This document shows positions 50,696 to 64,000 of a stretch of DNA of 64,000 nt, piece after piece. How positions within the stretch are numbered: position 1 is the stretch's first letter; each line of letters begins with the position of its first letter. The position numbers were made by a program, and so were the translations under genes. Below the pieces are notes generated by a model. It made no database searches and was not told the origin of the DNA. It saw only the letters and a program-made list of their open reading frames with translations. The stretch comes from Octopus bimaculoides (Eukaryota), in NCBI RefSeq assembly GCF_001194135.2, contig NC_068987.1, positions 11,873,484 through 11,937,483 on the forward strand, given 5' to 3'.

Positions 50696-51214
50696 TTATA
50701 AGTTCTTGAAAGCAATTTATAAGTTTAAGGAAACTTCATGAAAATCTAACACGAGGGCACTAATCCACGTATGTATAAAAAGCACACGTTGGATAGGATA
50801 ATAGAAATACATAAACCGGAATGCAAAATTAACGTCCTTTTTTCTTTGTCTGAAATTATCTACTTTCTTCTTTTACCAAAACAACACAGGAAAGAGGCTT
50901 TTGTAAAACGCTCTTCTGAGAAAGAGGAGACAATGAGCTACGACAAGCCGCGACCCATTAGTTTATGCTATTGAATAGTGTTAATAGTAAAGTATCACAA
51001 CTTATTAAGGCCATTCAAATAACACTTGATGAAGTGCATGCAACTAAAAACTCATTTCAGTTGTTGTTAATTGTGTCAGTAAGCCTTCTACTTGTATTTG
51101 TTTACAAACATACGAACTGAGTCAATGAATGTGACGAGTCAAAAGCTATAAGGAATGGTTTCAGGTCCCGTAACTTGACAACATCGTAACCGGTGAACAA
51201 AAGATTTTAGTTAC

Positions 51215-51600
51215 ATTGTACGCGTGGCTGTGTGGTAAGACGTTTTGCGTCCCAACCACGTGGTTCCGGATTCACTTCCACTACATGGCACCTCGGTCAA
51301 GTGTCTTCTAGTATAGCCTCAGGCTTACAGAAGATTTGTGAGTGGGTTTGGTTGATGGAAACTGAAAGAAGCGCATCGCGAGCGTGTCTGTGTTTGTCCT
51401 CCACCCCCACCCCCGCCACCGCTTTACAACTATTATTGGAGTCTTTACGTCACTGTAAGGTAGCGGTTCGGCAACACATCGATAGAATCAGTACCAGGCT
51501 TAAAAATAAGTTCTGAGATCAATTCAGTCCACTAAAATTCTTCAAGGCGGTGCCCCAGCGTGGCCGCAATTTAATGACCGAAACAAATAAATGATAAAAA
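51215..51600 (+). mobile_element. SINE family A, diverged copy with almost no microsatellite spacer
   Basis: Head tggctgtgtggtaag; tail cagcgtggccgcaatttaatgaccgaaacaaataaa. Confidence 0.75.
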
Positions 51601-52783
51601 ACATGGGAAATGTTTTAAAAATCATCTGATAGTCGAGTGTTAGAAAATCGAAACTTTATTTTGTTTCTGGAAGATTCTTATAAATTGAAATCATTGATAT
51701 TGAAAATTTGAACCAACCCAAATCTTAGTCGGAATCTATTAATAGTTTAGGTAACAGAATTAATTTTTCAAGATACTTGGCTATACTTATACTAAGNNNN
51801 NNNNNNNNNNNNNNNNNNNNNNNNNNNNNNNNNNNNNNNNNNNNNNNNNNNNNNNNNNNNNNNNNNNNNNNNNNNNNNNNNNNNNNNNNNNNNNNNNNNN
51901 NNNNNNNNNNNNNNNNNNNNNNNNNNNNNNNNNNNNNNNNNNNNNNNNNNNNNNNNNNNNNNNNNNNNNNNNNNNNNNNNNNNNNNNNNNNNNNNNNNNN
52001 NNNNNNNNNNNNNNNNNNNNNNNNNNNNNNNNNNNNNNNNNNNNNNNNNNNNNNNNNNNNNNNNNNNNNNNNNNNNNNNNNNNNNNNNNNNNNNNNNNNN
52101 NNNNNNNTATATATATATATATATATGTATGTGTGTACGCTTGTGTTTGTACCCCCAATATCATTTCAGAACCGATGTTGGTGTGTTTACGCCTCCGTAA
52201 CTAAAGACCGATAGAGTAAGCACTAGGGTTACAAAGAATAAGGTCAGCAATTTCGGGGGAAGGGGGCTAAGTCGATTAGATCGACCCCAGTACGCAACTG
52301 GTACTTAGTTTATCGACCTCCGAGGGGATGAAAGGCACAGTCAACCTCGACGGAATTTGAACTCAGAATGTAAGGACAGACGAAGAACTCTGGAAATATT
52401 GATAAAATAAATTACTCTTAGATATCAGCCTCTTAGATACGTAGAGAGAGAGAGAGGGAGAGAGAGAGAGAGAGAGAGACAGAGAGAGAAAGAGAGAAAG
52501 ACAGAAGGAGAGAGAAAGAGAGAAGGAGAGAGAGAAATATGTACTGATAGACGCTGGCATAGCTGCGTGGTTCAGAAGCCCACTTTGCAGCCACGTGGTT
52601 TTGGGTTCGGTCCCACGGTGCGGCACATTGGGCATATATCTTCTGCTACAGCCCTAGATCGTCCAATAATTTGCGAATCTGGTAGAAGGAAAGTGTGTGG
52701 AATCNNNNNNNNNNNNNNNNNNNNNNNNNNNNNNNNNNNNNNNNNNNNNNNNNNNNNNNNNNNTATATATATATATATATATA

Positions 52784-52825
<42 letters not shown>

Positions 52826-52826
<1 letters not shown>

Positions 52827-54183
52827 CTACTACATATGTGGGAAATTCTGTCTGTGGTTGTGCTTGTTTGTGGAGTTGTTTGCTAACTCCTCTTACATCG
52901 TTTTATCGATTTTGATGAAACTTGACACATGAGTAGAACTCATGTCTGGAAACCTCGTGACATACTTAGATTGTTGAAAAAAAAATCAATAATAGCCCCC
53001 CTGGAAGGGATTCTCATATCTACTACATATAACTAATATATTTTATTTAAACACCCAAGGGAAATAACCCATAGCACCTGCACTTACAATTGTCAGATCT
53101 TAGCGAAGCGATCAATATCTGATTCTCACGATCAGTGGACCTAATTCTGCATTTCACTTCTCAGAGTTTGAACTGCCAAACCATATTATTGCATTTTCTT
53201 GATTTGAATCTTAAACTTTAAAACATTCATTCATACATTTATATACATACATACTTTTTGCGCTTATATATACTACATTTACATATTAGCTGTAATAAAT
53301 TAGCCTTGATAAAGTTAACCTTTAAAATGCCACGATGAGTAAGAGTACGAGTGGGTACTTCTACTTCACAAGCTGCTCAATTGCAACAACGACGATCTCG
53401 AGTAAGTCTCTCATTCATTATGTTTGATATTTACTAAATCAAGCAATTATACTTTGTCTATTCCACTTCAATATCTAAACAGTTATATACATATTGATGT
53501 AATTAATTTAGACATTGCATTAATAGTCATTTTTTCAACATCTCCAAATAACTAAATGCTGGCAATGCATGCAGAGTTTTCAGTTAAATTTGATTACACT
53601 TTGAATGCCCATAACTCCGATAATTCTGAATTTTTCAAGTTAAGCTTTTTCGACGACAGTAGATAAAATTTTGATTCCAGAACGTATTTAATAAATGTGT
53701 CCCAATCCTGCTTTTTCTCACGGACAGCTCTATGTCGGATGCTTTAGAATTGGAAATCCGGAAAATTTATTAATCTATGCACCCAACAGCAACGCCAAAA
53801 ACATTGTGTATCACGAAGCCCAGTGAGACTGAAATTTTGGAACGAAAATGCCTTTCCCTCCGACAACCTGTCTCGCCAACCTCCGAAAACCTCTCTCGAC
53901 AACCTCCAACAATCTGTCTCGACAACCTCTGACAATCTGTCTCGCCAACCTCCGACAGTCTGTCTTACCAACCTCCGTCAACCCCGCTCGCCAACCTCCG
54001 ACAACCTCTCTCGCCAACCTCCGACAATCTCTCCCTCCTCCAGCTGACAATTTTTTGTTCTTTTCCGCGACGGAAGATACACCTTTTGTGGCAGTAATAA
54101 CGAAATTACATTTTTATACCAAGGTAATAAGGCGTTTAAATAGAACGTCTTTACTCCCGGGAATTACCAGGTACACCAGCTAG
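52826..54183 (+). mobile_element. Non-autonomous Helitron
   Basis: 5' A|TC (tctactacatat...) and 3' CTAG|T. A subterminal imperfect hairpin (cccgggaattaccagg) lies about 10 nt before the end. The 5' segment resembles Lep1-type Helitron cores (reverse complement atgtgtcaagtttcatcaaaatcg...). Confidence 0.7.
53857..54036. repeat. 23-bp minisatellite, about 7.8 copies, inside the Helitron
   Basis: Consensus ccaacctccgacaa(c/t)ct(g/c)tctcg; units start at 53876, 53899, 53922, 53945, 53968, 53991 and 54014. Confidence 0.9.
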
Positions 54184-57100
54184 TAGATATGTATATATTA
54201 ATATACAGCATGGCCACAGCTCTCTTAAACTAAGAATNNNNNNNNNNNNNNNNNNNNNNNNNNNNNNNNNNNNNNNNNNNNNNNNNNNNNCTGTGTGTGT
54301 TTTTATGTCTGTACTCGCCTCTGTTAGAAACCCGTGTTAGTTTGTTTACTTCCCTGTAACATAGCGGTTCGGCAAAAAGACTGATAAAATAAGTACCACA
54401 CTTTCAACAAAACAACAACAAAAAAATTAAAAGAAAACAAAGCAAAAAACACGTATGTATTGGGGTCAATTTGTTCGATGCAAATTCTTCATGTCAGTGC
54501 CCTCAGCATGGCTGCAGTCCAATGAATGAAACAAGTAAAAAAAAAAAAATCTTGCATTTATCCATCTCCACTACGAACAACGCTCCCGCCAAACAACAGC
54601 TATAACAACAACAACAACAACTACCACCACAACAACGATAACAACAACAATTCATCTTTCATGTAACTGTAAGGAACAGTTACTTCAATAATGAAATCGT
54701 AGTCGTGGATTTTACTAAAGCTTCTGGTAAACCGACCGGTTTCATTTCTCGTCGAGAGGCTATTTCACTTAGGACACTAAAGTGGTTGGAAAACGTTGTA
54801 ACTGCTTTCAATTTGTTCAGCTTTCAAACCATTGCAAGAAACAATTATTTACTGCATGATAACATTAAGTGGTTGTTTTATCATATTTCACGAAGTTCGT
54901 CGGTTCACTGTTCTAAGCTAAAATTCAGGCTGGAGTGGATAAGTAGGTAGGTAGGACATTTAGCTGTTTCATGTTTTTCTGCGATTTGTAACACAAACTC
55001 ACTCACTCGCTGTCATTCGTTTATTTTCTGTCACTCTCTCTCAGACACACACAAAGGCAAACGCACACCAACATAGAAACATACATACTAACATATTCAG
55101 AAACACACGCATGAACGCAAATGCTCTCTCACACACACATACACACACACGGAACTAGACACAAAACACACACACACACTGACGTACATTCACAACCACA
55201 CACTTACGCAAAACTCATACATACACACACATTCACAGGCAAACACGCACAAAACACACATACATACGCACATAACAAGCACACACAAACACACAAAACA
55301 CACACATACCATTACACACACACTCATGCACGCACAAAACACACTCAAACATATACAGACTTGCATACACACACACACACACACGCGCACACATATACAC
55401 ACTTATTCAAAATATTTTTACTCGTTCCAGTGTCTGGGTTGTACATTTACTGCGAACTGCCTTGTATAGTTTTAGCGCGAAAATATCGGCCCGACCCCAG
55501 TACGTATCCCAGACTAATACTGTTTGATATCGGTTTCTAAGTAGCGAATGGTTAACTTACAGCTTGACGTACAATCGCAAATTGGCATGCCATTTTACAC
55601 TATTGTATGCAAATATACACAAACAAGCTTAAGCACACACATGCCCCATATTCATGCAAACGCACCAAGGATTTAACAGTTTCCCTCTAAAAATTCTAAC
55701 ACAAAGGATTAGTCAACGCAGGAATATAGAATAATCTTTGCTAAACCAGAAGAAATGCCACCAAGCATTTTGTTCGACGTGCCAGCTCGCTGCCTTAACA
55801 TTTAAAAATACTAAAAATAAAATATTTTGCAAGAATAACAATATCAACAACAATAACAACAGTAGTATTAAAATCGGAAGTATGCCAAAAATTCTAAGTG
55901 TGCCAAAATTCTTTACAGAATACACTTATCAATTGTCATACATAACTTCGTAAATATGACATAAAAAGTATGAAATATTTTCAGAGAATATTAAAATCAT
56001 ATTTATTGTATATTTACATATTTTATATTACATTTATTTTACAGAATTTAGGAATTGAAAAAAGTTTATCACTGCCTACATTTATGTTGTAATAACCCGT
56101 GAAAAATATTTACTATAAAAAGATAGAAAGCCGCCTACCATTCCCGTTTATGCACAAATCAAACTATACGAACTCTTTTACAACGGTGATGGTCTTATAA
56201 CATACAGTAACCTGCATTCATTATTCAGATATCACAAATGATATTCGTAAATGAATCGCAAACGCTGAGACATTATACACCAAATGATATCTTTCAAAAC
56301 TAGCAACATGCAATACATTAAATATAATAGACGTATACATATCACCAGTAATCTCCTCAACCGTGTTACAAGATTACGTGCTCCAGGTACGGAACTTTAA
56401 TACTTTTTGGAAGGAATGTTCAACATGTACACGATATTTTTTGGTTTTCTGAGTTTCTCTCCATATCTACAAATGAACATGAGTGGTGGGCTACGATGTC
56501 TTCCACATTTAAACGACCAATGTTCAAAGCGGCTTTCAAATTGCTGTTTAAGAGATTTGTTTCTGTCCTCCTTCCAAACGGTGTACATGTTGAAATCCGA
56601 ACTATAAACACTATGTTATATAGACATGAATAGAACTCAAACATACATATGTAGAGAACTACATACACTCACACATACACACCTAATAAAACAAAATGTC
56701 GTTTTCTCTAAGTTGATCAACAATACCAAATAACAACCCTCCACACATGCTAAATTGTACTATAGAATATATCTATACATTTTAGCCAACATTGTATGGA
56801 ATATGTAAATAGACGGATGATCCTGAGCGTAACAGTAGAAAATGTAATAACGAAAATGAATCAATTACACTTTAAAAAAGAAGAAAATGGATCAAAAGGG
56901 ACTGCAAAACGAACTGCAGCAAAAATGTGCATGCAAATGATGTATGCTATCTAAATACATCACGTAATTATATAAGAGGTTCAGAAAGATAAAAAAAACT
57001 ATTAAGAGATACACTTCAAAGCAAATTAAATAGAAATATAAAAAGAACATTAAGGTACAAATAGTAAACAGCATTTCATGTTATAACTCGGTATTAGATG

Positions 57101-57488
57101 AATAAAAGAAAACTATGTAATATTAGAACAATCAGGATAGAGACAAATAAAAAATAAAAAACAAGTGGCAAACTGGCTCATAAATAAACGAATAATAAGT
57201 TTTATAAATGGAATATAATTAAAGGAAACCATATAATCATATCTTTGTAGAAAACGTGTAATAACTAAGAAATTACGAAGAAATCTATAAATATGAATAA
57301 ACAAAAAACATGAACCCACAAATATGTGTAGATGCCTATAATTCATTTAACAGTACTATACAAAATGCAGATAAGAAACATTTAAAAGATATAAACGTAA
57401 ATCTGGACCTATGTCAAGTATAATATATGTTAGCATTAATATATATTAGCATAGAATATCGTAAGAACGTTTGTACAAAATAATAAAC

Positions 57489-57590
<102 letters not shown>

Positions 57591-57805
57591 CGAACTGAAG
57601 AAAATTCTAACTGGACTCCACTTGCTGTTTATTTTGATATGAGATCACCATGTCACGCACATATCGTTGTGATGCATGTGCCTGGTGTACCCTTGTCAGA
57701 CGGGTAGCCATGACGGGTATACTGGGCTTCGTATATTTTACCCCAGTGTCACTTTGATGGCATGCACTGCTTTCTCACTCAATGATATGATAATAGTAAT
57801 AATAA

Positions 57806-58063
57806 TGATAATAGTGGTTTCTAATTTTTCTAGAAGGGCAGCATTTTTGGGGGGTGAGGTGGGGAGGGATGGGTCGATGTAATCGACTCATCCCTTCCGC
57901 ACAAAATAGTGTTCAACTGGTATTTATTTTATCGATCCCCGAAAGGACGAAAAGCAAAGGTGACCTCGGGAGAATTTGAGCTCAGAACGTAGCGGTAGAC
58001 GAAATACCGCTAAGCATTTCGCCCGGCGTGCTAATGATTCTGCCAGCTCGCCGCCTTGTAATA

Positions 58064-58134
<71 letters not shown>

Positions 58135-58752
58135 ATGTTTTGACAGGCATTCTCTAGAACAATACTCTGTGCAAAACAAAAATATATGGTATCCTGGTCA
58201 TAACACCAACTTGAACTTCTAATTTGTTGTCTCTTAAGGACTCTGGGTGAGACTTGGAGTCAACTTGTACAAGTACAAAGCAAAAGTCAAACATATAATA
58301 ATAATAATAATAATGTCTACTATAGACAGAAGGCTTGAAATTTTGGAGGAAGGGGCTAGTCGCTTACATCGACCCCAGTGCGTAACTGGTACTTATTTCA
58401 TCAACCACGAAAGGATGAAAGGCAAAGTCAACCTCGGCGGAATTTAAATTTAGAACGTAAAGACGGACGAAATCATTTTGTCTGGTGTGCTACCGATTCC
58501 GCCAGTTTTCCACCTTGACAATAATAATATTAATTAATAATTGACACAAGACCAGCGATTCTGAGGGAAGGGGCAAGTCGATTACATCAACTCCATTGCT
58601 CAAGGGGTACTTATTTTGTTGACAGGAATGAAAAGAAGAATCGACGTCAGCAGAATTAGAACTCAGAATGTAAAGAGCAAGAAGAGATACTTCCAAGGAG
58701 TTTGTCAAACGCTCTACCAATTCGGCCATCTTGCCGGCTTATCACCACCACC

Positions 58753-58784
<32 letters not shown>

Positions 58785-58960
58785 CAACAACAATAATAAT
58801 CCTTTTTTACTATAGGCACAAGGCCTGAAATTTAGAGGTGTGGAAGTCAATTACATCGATCCTAGGATGAAAGGCAAAGTCGATTCAGTGGAATTTGAAA
58901 TTAACGTAAAGACGGACGGAATGTCGCTAAGCATTTTGTTCGGCATATTATCGATTCTGG
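57806..58960 (-). mobile_element. Cluster of four family B copies interleaved with (GAT)n, (AAT)n and (CAC/CAA)n
   Basis: About 57806-58036, 58312-58515, 58535-58735 and 58810-58960. Confidence 0.8.
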
Positions 58961-59094
58961 ATAATAAACATCAGCAACAATAACAGCAAAAGGAAATATT
59001 TTAATCTCCCTAGAAATTCAAATCAATCTAAAAGCTTGGTCATACGTTAAAAGTGTAAAGGAGGAGTTACTAATCTTCGACTCCTTATCTGCTC

Positions 59095-59420
59095 GAGGCA
59101 TTAAACTGCGACCATACTGGGGCACTGCGTTGAAGAATTTTAGTCTTATCTTTTAAGCCCAATACTTAATCTATCAGCCTCTTTTACTGGACTGCTACAT
59201 TACGAGGGATGTAAACACCTCAACACCGGTTTTCAAGCGGTTCCGGGAGACACTGGCATAAAGTCACACACACATACGATAGGCTTCTTTCAGTTTCCAC
59301 CATAGTCTCGGACCGAGACTATGATGGAGGACCTTTGCCCAAAGTGCCACGCAGTAGGACTGAACTCGGAACCATGTGGCTAGGAAGCAAACTTCTTACC
59401 ACACAGCCAAGCTTGTGCCT
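59095..59420 (-). mobile_element. SINE family A, diverged copy
   Basis: Reverse complement of the head is clear at 59330-59410; the 3' half is degenerate. Confidence 0.7.
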
Positions 59421-62400
59421 GTAGCCCATTAAGGCACAATTTACATGTATGTAATTATAAAAGGGGAAAAACGAGTTAAAGAAACCCTTACCAAAGATAC
59501 TTGTATTAAGAGCATCAACGAGAAAAGAGATGATTATTGAAAATTCGTAAAAAGAAAAGCGAAAAGGATGCTGCAAATAATATGGAAATTTAAATAAAAA
59601 AAAAGAAACATTTTAAATAGAAAATAATAAAGCAATTGCTAATTGAGTAAACTAGAGAAAAATTTTATAGAAGAATATGGAATAAAGCAGACAAGTTGCA
59701 GACATAAATTGAGTTATATCAATATACGAAGTATAGTGGAAGATAAAACAACTAAATATGTGTTGTAAGTCAATAGTGATGCAGAATATGAGAAGAAGTA
59801 TAGATGAAATATCGATTGCGAACCGTTCACTTTAGAAAAACCAAGAGATACGCAGTCAAGTAATAAGTGAATATTCAAAGTCAATAGTAATGCTGGATTC
59901 GAGAAGGTTGGTAGTATTAAAGGAACGTATACCTATCATAGAAGAAAATATGGGCTTAGCTATAGTGAGGAAGGACGCAAATTGTCATTCAGAATAGTTA
60001 ACTGTGAAGTAAAAGAAAGTTCTAAGAATATTGTGATTGCACGTAGTGAAGTAATGCTCTAAGACTTTTCTGAAGAGGTTTTAAGATAAAAAGTTCAAGT
60101 GCTTCAACCGTACACAGGTTACAGTAGTTTCTGTTTCCAGCATATAATGAGGTTTTTTCTTATAAATGATCCATTTACCTTCAAAAGGCTACGTTCTTTC
60201 AATTCACAGAAAAATCAGATAACGAAGAGGTGTTTCTTATTTCAGGCTACCAAAAAGAGTATGTATGAAAATAAAATACACCTTGAAAGTTACTCACGGT
60301 GAGTACAGAACGCACTATTTGTACTAGATATTTGAATTGTTCATGAAATAAGACTCTAAAGAGCACTCACTAAAATTAGTGAAATATTATTCCTGCCTCT
60401 ACTTAATTTAGCAGCTTTAAAGGAAGATATATTTTGGGCTAAGTTAGGAATGGTGGAATAAGAATGCTCTCAGAGTTTTTGTTACAGATACGGTAGTATA
60501 TTTTCCGGGATGAGACTTTTATAAGTATAAAGAAGAATATACTTGCATAAGGAGTTGCGACTTACAAATTATAAGGAGGACTATACCAGCCGATGTGCCG
60601 TTTCCTATTTCTCTTGTTTCTTGTACTGCTACTGCTTGTGCATAATATATCTTGTCAGTATACCCACATCTAGCTAATATTTCAATATGATACACAGAAA
60701 TCTTATTAAAGATTTTTCAGAAAGCATTGATAACCGAAGTGAAATATGACGAAGGACGTTCTTACAACGTTCCTACTGGCAGAATCGATAAAGCATCGGA
60801 CTAAATGCTTTGTGGTGTTTGTTCTGGCATCTTACGTTCTGAGGTCAAATCGCACCGAAGTCAACTTTACTTTTTATCTTTTCATGTGGAAAGGCAACGG
60901 ATTTGAAAAGTCAGTACTGTCATTTATTGGAGTCGAGGGTATCGACAACCACCCCTACTCTCGAACCTGCTCGCTTTGGACCTAAAACAAAACCACTATT
61001 TTTTAACCTCACTTCATCAAGGAGTGAGTAGACTTGTGAACAAAGACAGTTCTACCGTCACCACCACATTTATTTTCAGCTACTGTGTATCTAATGCTAG
61101 GTTACTTTATATTTATTTCGTCTATTTTAGGTTGGGAGAGTGTGATTTGAGGAAAATTTGGCTTCTATTTCTAGCAACGCAAGTGATCACACAAAGACTC
61201 CCTCCTTCGTTTGCACCATGCCTTAGTTTAACATAATGGCGTTACATTAAGGAAAATACGTGTTTAGCTGTTATCCATAATAAAGCATAATTTCGAAAAT
61301 AGAAATTTCCATAATCCTTAATGACTCGGTCAATATTTTAGCTTGAAATCAATATCATATTTTATCATCAATATTTTATCCTGAAAATCAATGCTTGTTA
61401 ATGGTTAAAATACCCATTAGATTTAATTTTAACCTTCTTCAATATTAACACTATTAAAAGTGGCGGTTCTCCGTCGCTCGACGTTGAGGACTCAATATTT
61501 CGATCAACTGGCGTGGCCGTGTGGTAAGAAGCTTGTTTGCTAACCACTTGGTCCCCGGTTCGGTCCCACTACGTGGAAACTTGGGCAAGGGTTCTACTAT
61601 AGCTTCGGGCTCACCATATTTGATACACAATACACCCAAGCCTCAAGATTTTTGGTCTTGTACCACATTAAGTCTAACTAAATTACCAAGGGTGGTGGTA
61701 GAAATATTAATGAAGGAGCAAAAGACAAATATGGGTGCATGTCAGTCTGGCGAGGTTTATCTTCCTGTAAGATGTTAGCTTGGTTGGATATTCGGTGATA
61801 AAAAAGGTTAGTTACTTAACCATATTTTGAACGCCTATCATGTTCTAGAAAAATGAAGATAAGGAATTCAACGCTACAGTTATAGCCGTGGTTAAGATGT
61901 TTCCTTCGTAAAAACGTGGTTCTTGGTCCAGTCTTCCTACATTGCACTTTGATAGTATCGACCCAAGACTTGTAACCGAAACTTGATAGACAGAAACTAT
62001 GCAAAAGCCTTCCAATTTTTCTGCCCATCGGAGTTTTTAACCCAATATTTATATGCTATTATTAACAGTTTTATCTGCTTCGAAGTTCACCGTTCCAAAA
62101 AGGAAAAGAGAATTATTTCAGCTTCTTTCGAAGGTTTTAAATTTATATGACGTGAACATATACATATATATATATATATAAGCAATAATTATAACGATAG
62201 AGAATATGGAATCAGGTAGATCCTCACAATTTATTTCCTTTTATTTTTCAATGTCATACAGCATATTTTTATGGCTACAACACCTGGGACATGATTGAGA
62301 GCTATTAAGGAATCCACCTGGGTAATATATCCTTCTAAGCTCACACCTCAAATGTAAAATTTTTCGCTGAAGAGAGAGGCTGGTATTATCTGATGATGGA

Positions 62401-62602
62401 ATCAATTTACAATCACTATTTTGGACCATCAAGCCCATAGAAACAGCTGTTGGACACGTAAAACTCCTATTCAACCTCTTTAATTCTTGATATCATTTCT
62501 ATTCTGTGTAATACGTAAACGTAGGTACATTTTTTGTATTAAATGTATTTAATATTTTTGTATATCACCTTGACTAATTTGCTTATCCTTTACATTCACT
62601 CC

Positions 62603-62663
<61 letters not shown>

Positions 62664-63783
62664 ATATTATATATATATAAATAATACAAAATGGAACAAG
62701 AATGCAAAACGTCCAGACAGTTAGGTGATACAAAAAAGGGACAAGAAAGCATCCAGATGGAGAAAGAAAAATCAAATGAAATTGAAAACCCGACTGAGAG
62801 CTATATGCGTCTGCTTCGTCGCCCCACGGAATTTACCCAGAGCAAAGTATACTGATTTATACGACAGGTAACTGGTCTTGAATTTGGGGGAAATAGGCAT
62901 TCCATTACATAGACTCTACTGCTTGACTGATACTTTATTCTATGGGCACCGAAAGTTTGAAAAGCAAAGATGCCTTCAGGAAGATTTGAGCTCAGAAACC
63001 AAAGCGTTCTAAATAAATACTACTCAGCAGTTTTTTTTGTAATTATATATTTTTAAACTTCGAATAAGAATGAAATTATATATGACTGTTTTCAGAATTT
63101 CCTTTATTAGTCTAGTAGAAAGAAGAGAGAGTAGAAACCGCGGCATAATGCTTGCAACAAAGTGCAATCTGGTAAGGTAGCAAAGGACATTGCAATATTA
63201 AACCAGACGACATTCTGATGATTGTAGCCATTCAGCGCCTTATGTTGGTTAATAGTCTATAATATGAAAACGTTCTGTATCTGTCCCACGCAAATATATT
63301 TATAGTTGATTTGATTTTAAATATTTTGTATTCAAACCTCGAAAAAGAACACAATCCAAAATGTGGCGTTCATGTCGGATAATATCAATGAAGACGGATT
63401 TTGTTTAATCCAGACAACATTTTAAAGACAATTTGGAGGTGGACGAAGAATTATATGAGGAAATTAATAACGCCAATTAATAAATGATATGATATCCTCA
63501 ATGACATTTTTCCGAACACAGACGCACTGTCTGACAGAAAGAGACGGATAGGAAGATAAATAGCCTGATACACACACACACACGTTAGAAAGAGATAGAG
63601 AGGGGTGAAAGAGAGAGGTGAAACAGAAGGATACGGACAGAGCACTATTGAAGCAATTACTATATTGGTTATACGTGTACGAATTTTCAACACTCTTAAC
63701 TACGTGATTGAAGAAAGGAGTAATTTCAAAAACATATATAAGAGGAATCTAGCTGTATATAACTTTGCATCTATCTATCTATC

Positions 63784-63834
<51 letters not shown>

Positions 63835-63840
63835 CTATCT

Positions 63841-63884
<44 letters not shown>

Positions 63885-64000
63885 GATATATATGTGAGCG
63901 TGAATGTATGTATGTACATAGGCATTTATGTATATATGTTGGCGTCCAGTACACACATACACACATACTTGAACATATGCGTGTATGCATATATATATAT

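Larger units (their letters stand above)
52553..54540 (+). mobile_element. Old SINE family A split by the Helitron (5' half 52553-52704, 3' half 54291-54540)
   Basis: The two halves are in the correct order and orientation on either side of 52826-54183. Confidence 0.65.

Noticed and set aside
3140-52932. Long ORFs containing X runs (for example 33245-34393, 36211-37203, 44106-44879)
   Set aside because: They are open only because N-gaps and (TA)/(CA)/(GA)n repeats lack stop codons.
53857-54036. Possible CRISPR-like array
   Set aside because: The units are directly adjacent with no unique spacers, in a eukaryotic context.
53744-54183. Several overlapping ORFs with periodic sequence
   Set aside because: Translation of the 23-bp minisatellite inside the Helitron.
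59620-60100. Purine-rich stretch suggestive of a decayed LINE reverse transcriptase
   Set aside because: Only a faint AGF-like motif; too many stops and frameshifts to support a call.
60246-60298. 53-nt plus-strand exon candidate with strong acceptor and GTGAGT donor (the donor region is palindromic)
   Set aside because: Two frames are open, no similarity is recognised and no partner exon is evident.

Overview
Eukaryotic, AT-rich, repeat-saturated DNA with about 24 N-gaps (about 6.6 kb). The SINE families look like octopus (OR1/OR2-type tRNA-derived SINEs); this is recognition from memory, not a database result. Almost all ORFs in the supplied track are artefacts of microsatellites, N-runs or SINEs. 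The two real exceptions are LINE remnants: an R4/Dong-type restriction-like endonuclease at 21.4-22.2 kb and a Tx1/L1-type ORF2 C-terminus at 27.5-28.1 kb. Reading splice signals by hand reveals a probable minus-strand gene the ORF track misses. A signal-peptide exon (22867-23011) and a Cys-rich terminal exon (3958-4129) join in phase 2 to give a 96-aa secreted, neuropeptide-precursor-like protein. Other notable structures are a tRNA-headed SINE with a Penelope-type minimal hammerhead ribozyme plus a second degenerate hammerhead (38.0-38.4 kb), a SINE tail matching the Tx1 3' end, two non-autonomous Helitrons inside SINE internal microsatellites, several MITEs and a 95%-paired 82-bp hairpin. 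SINE boundaries are approximate (about 10-20 bp). No database search or folding program was run.
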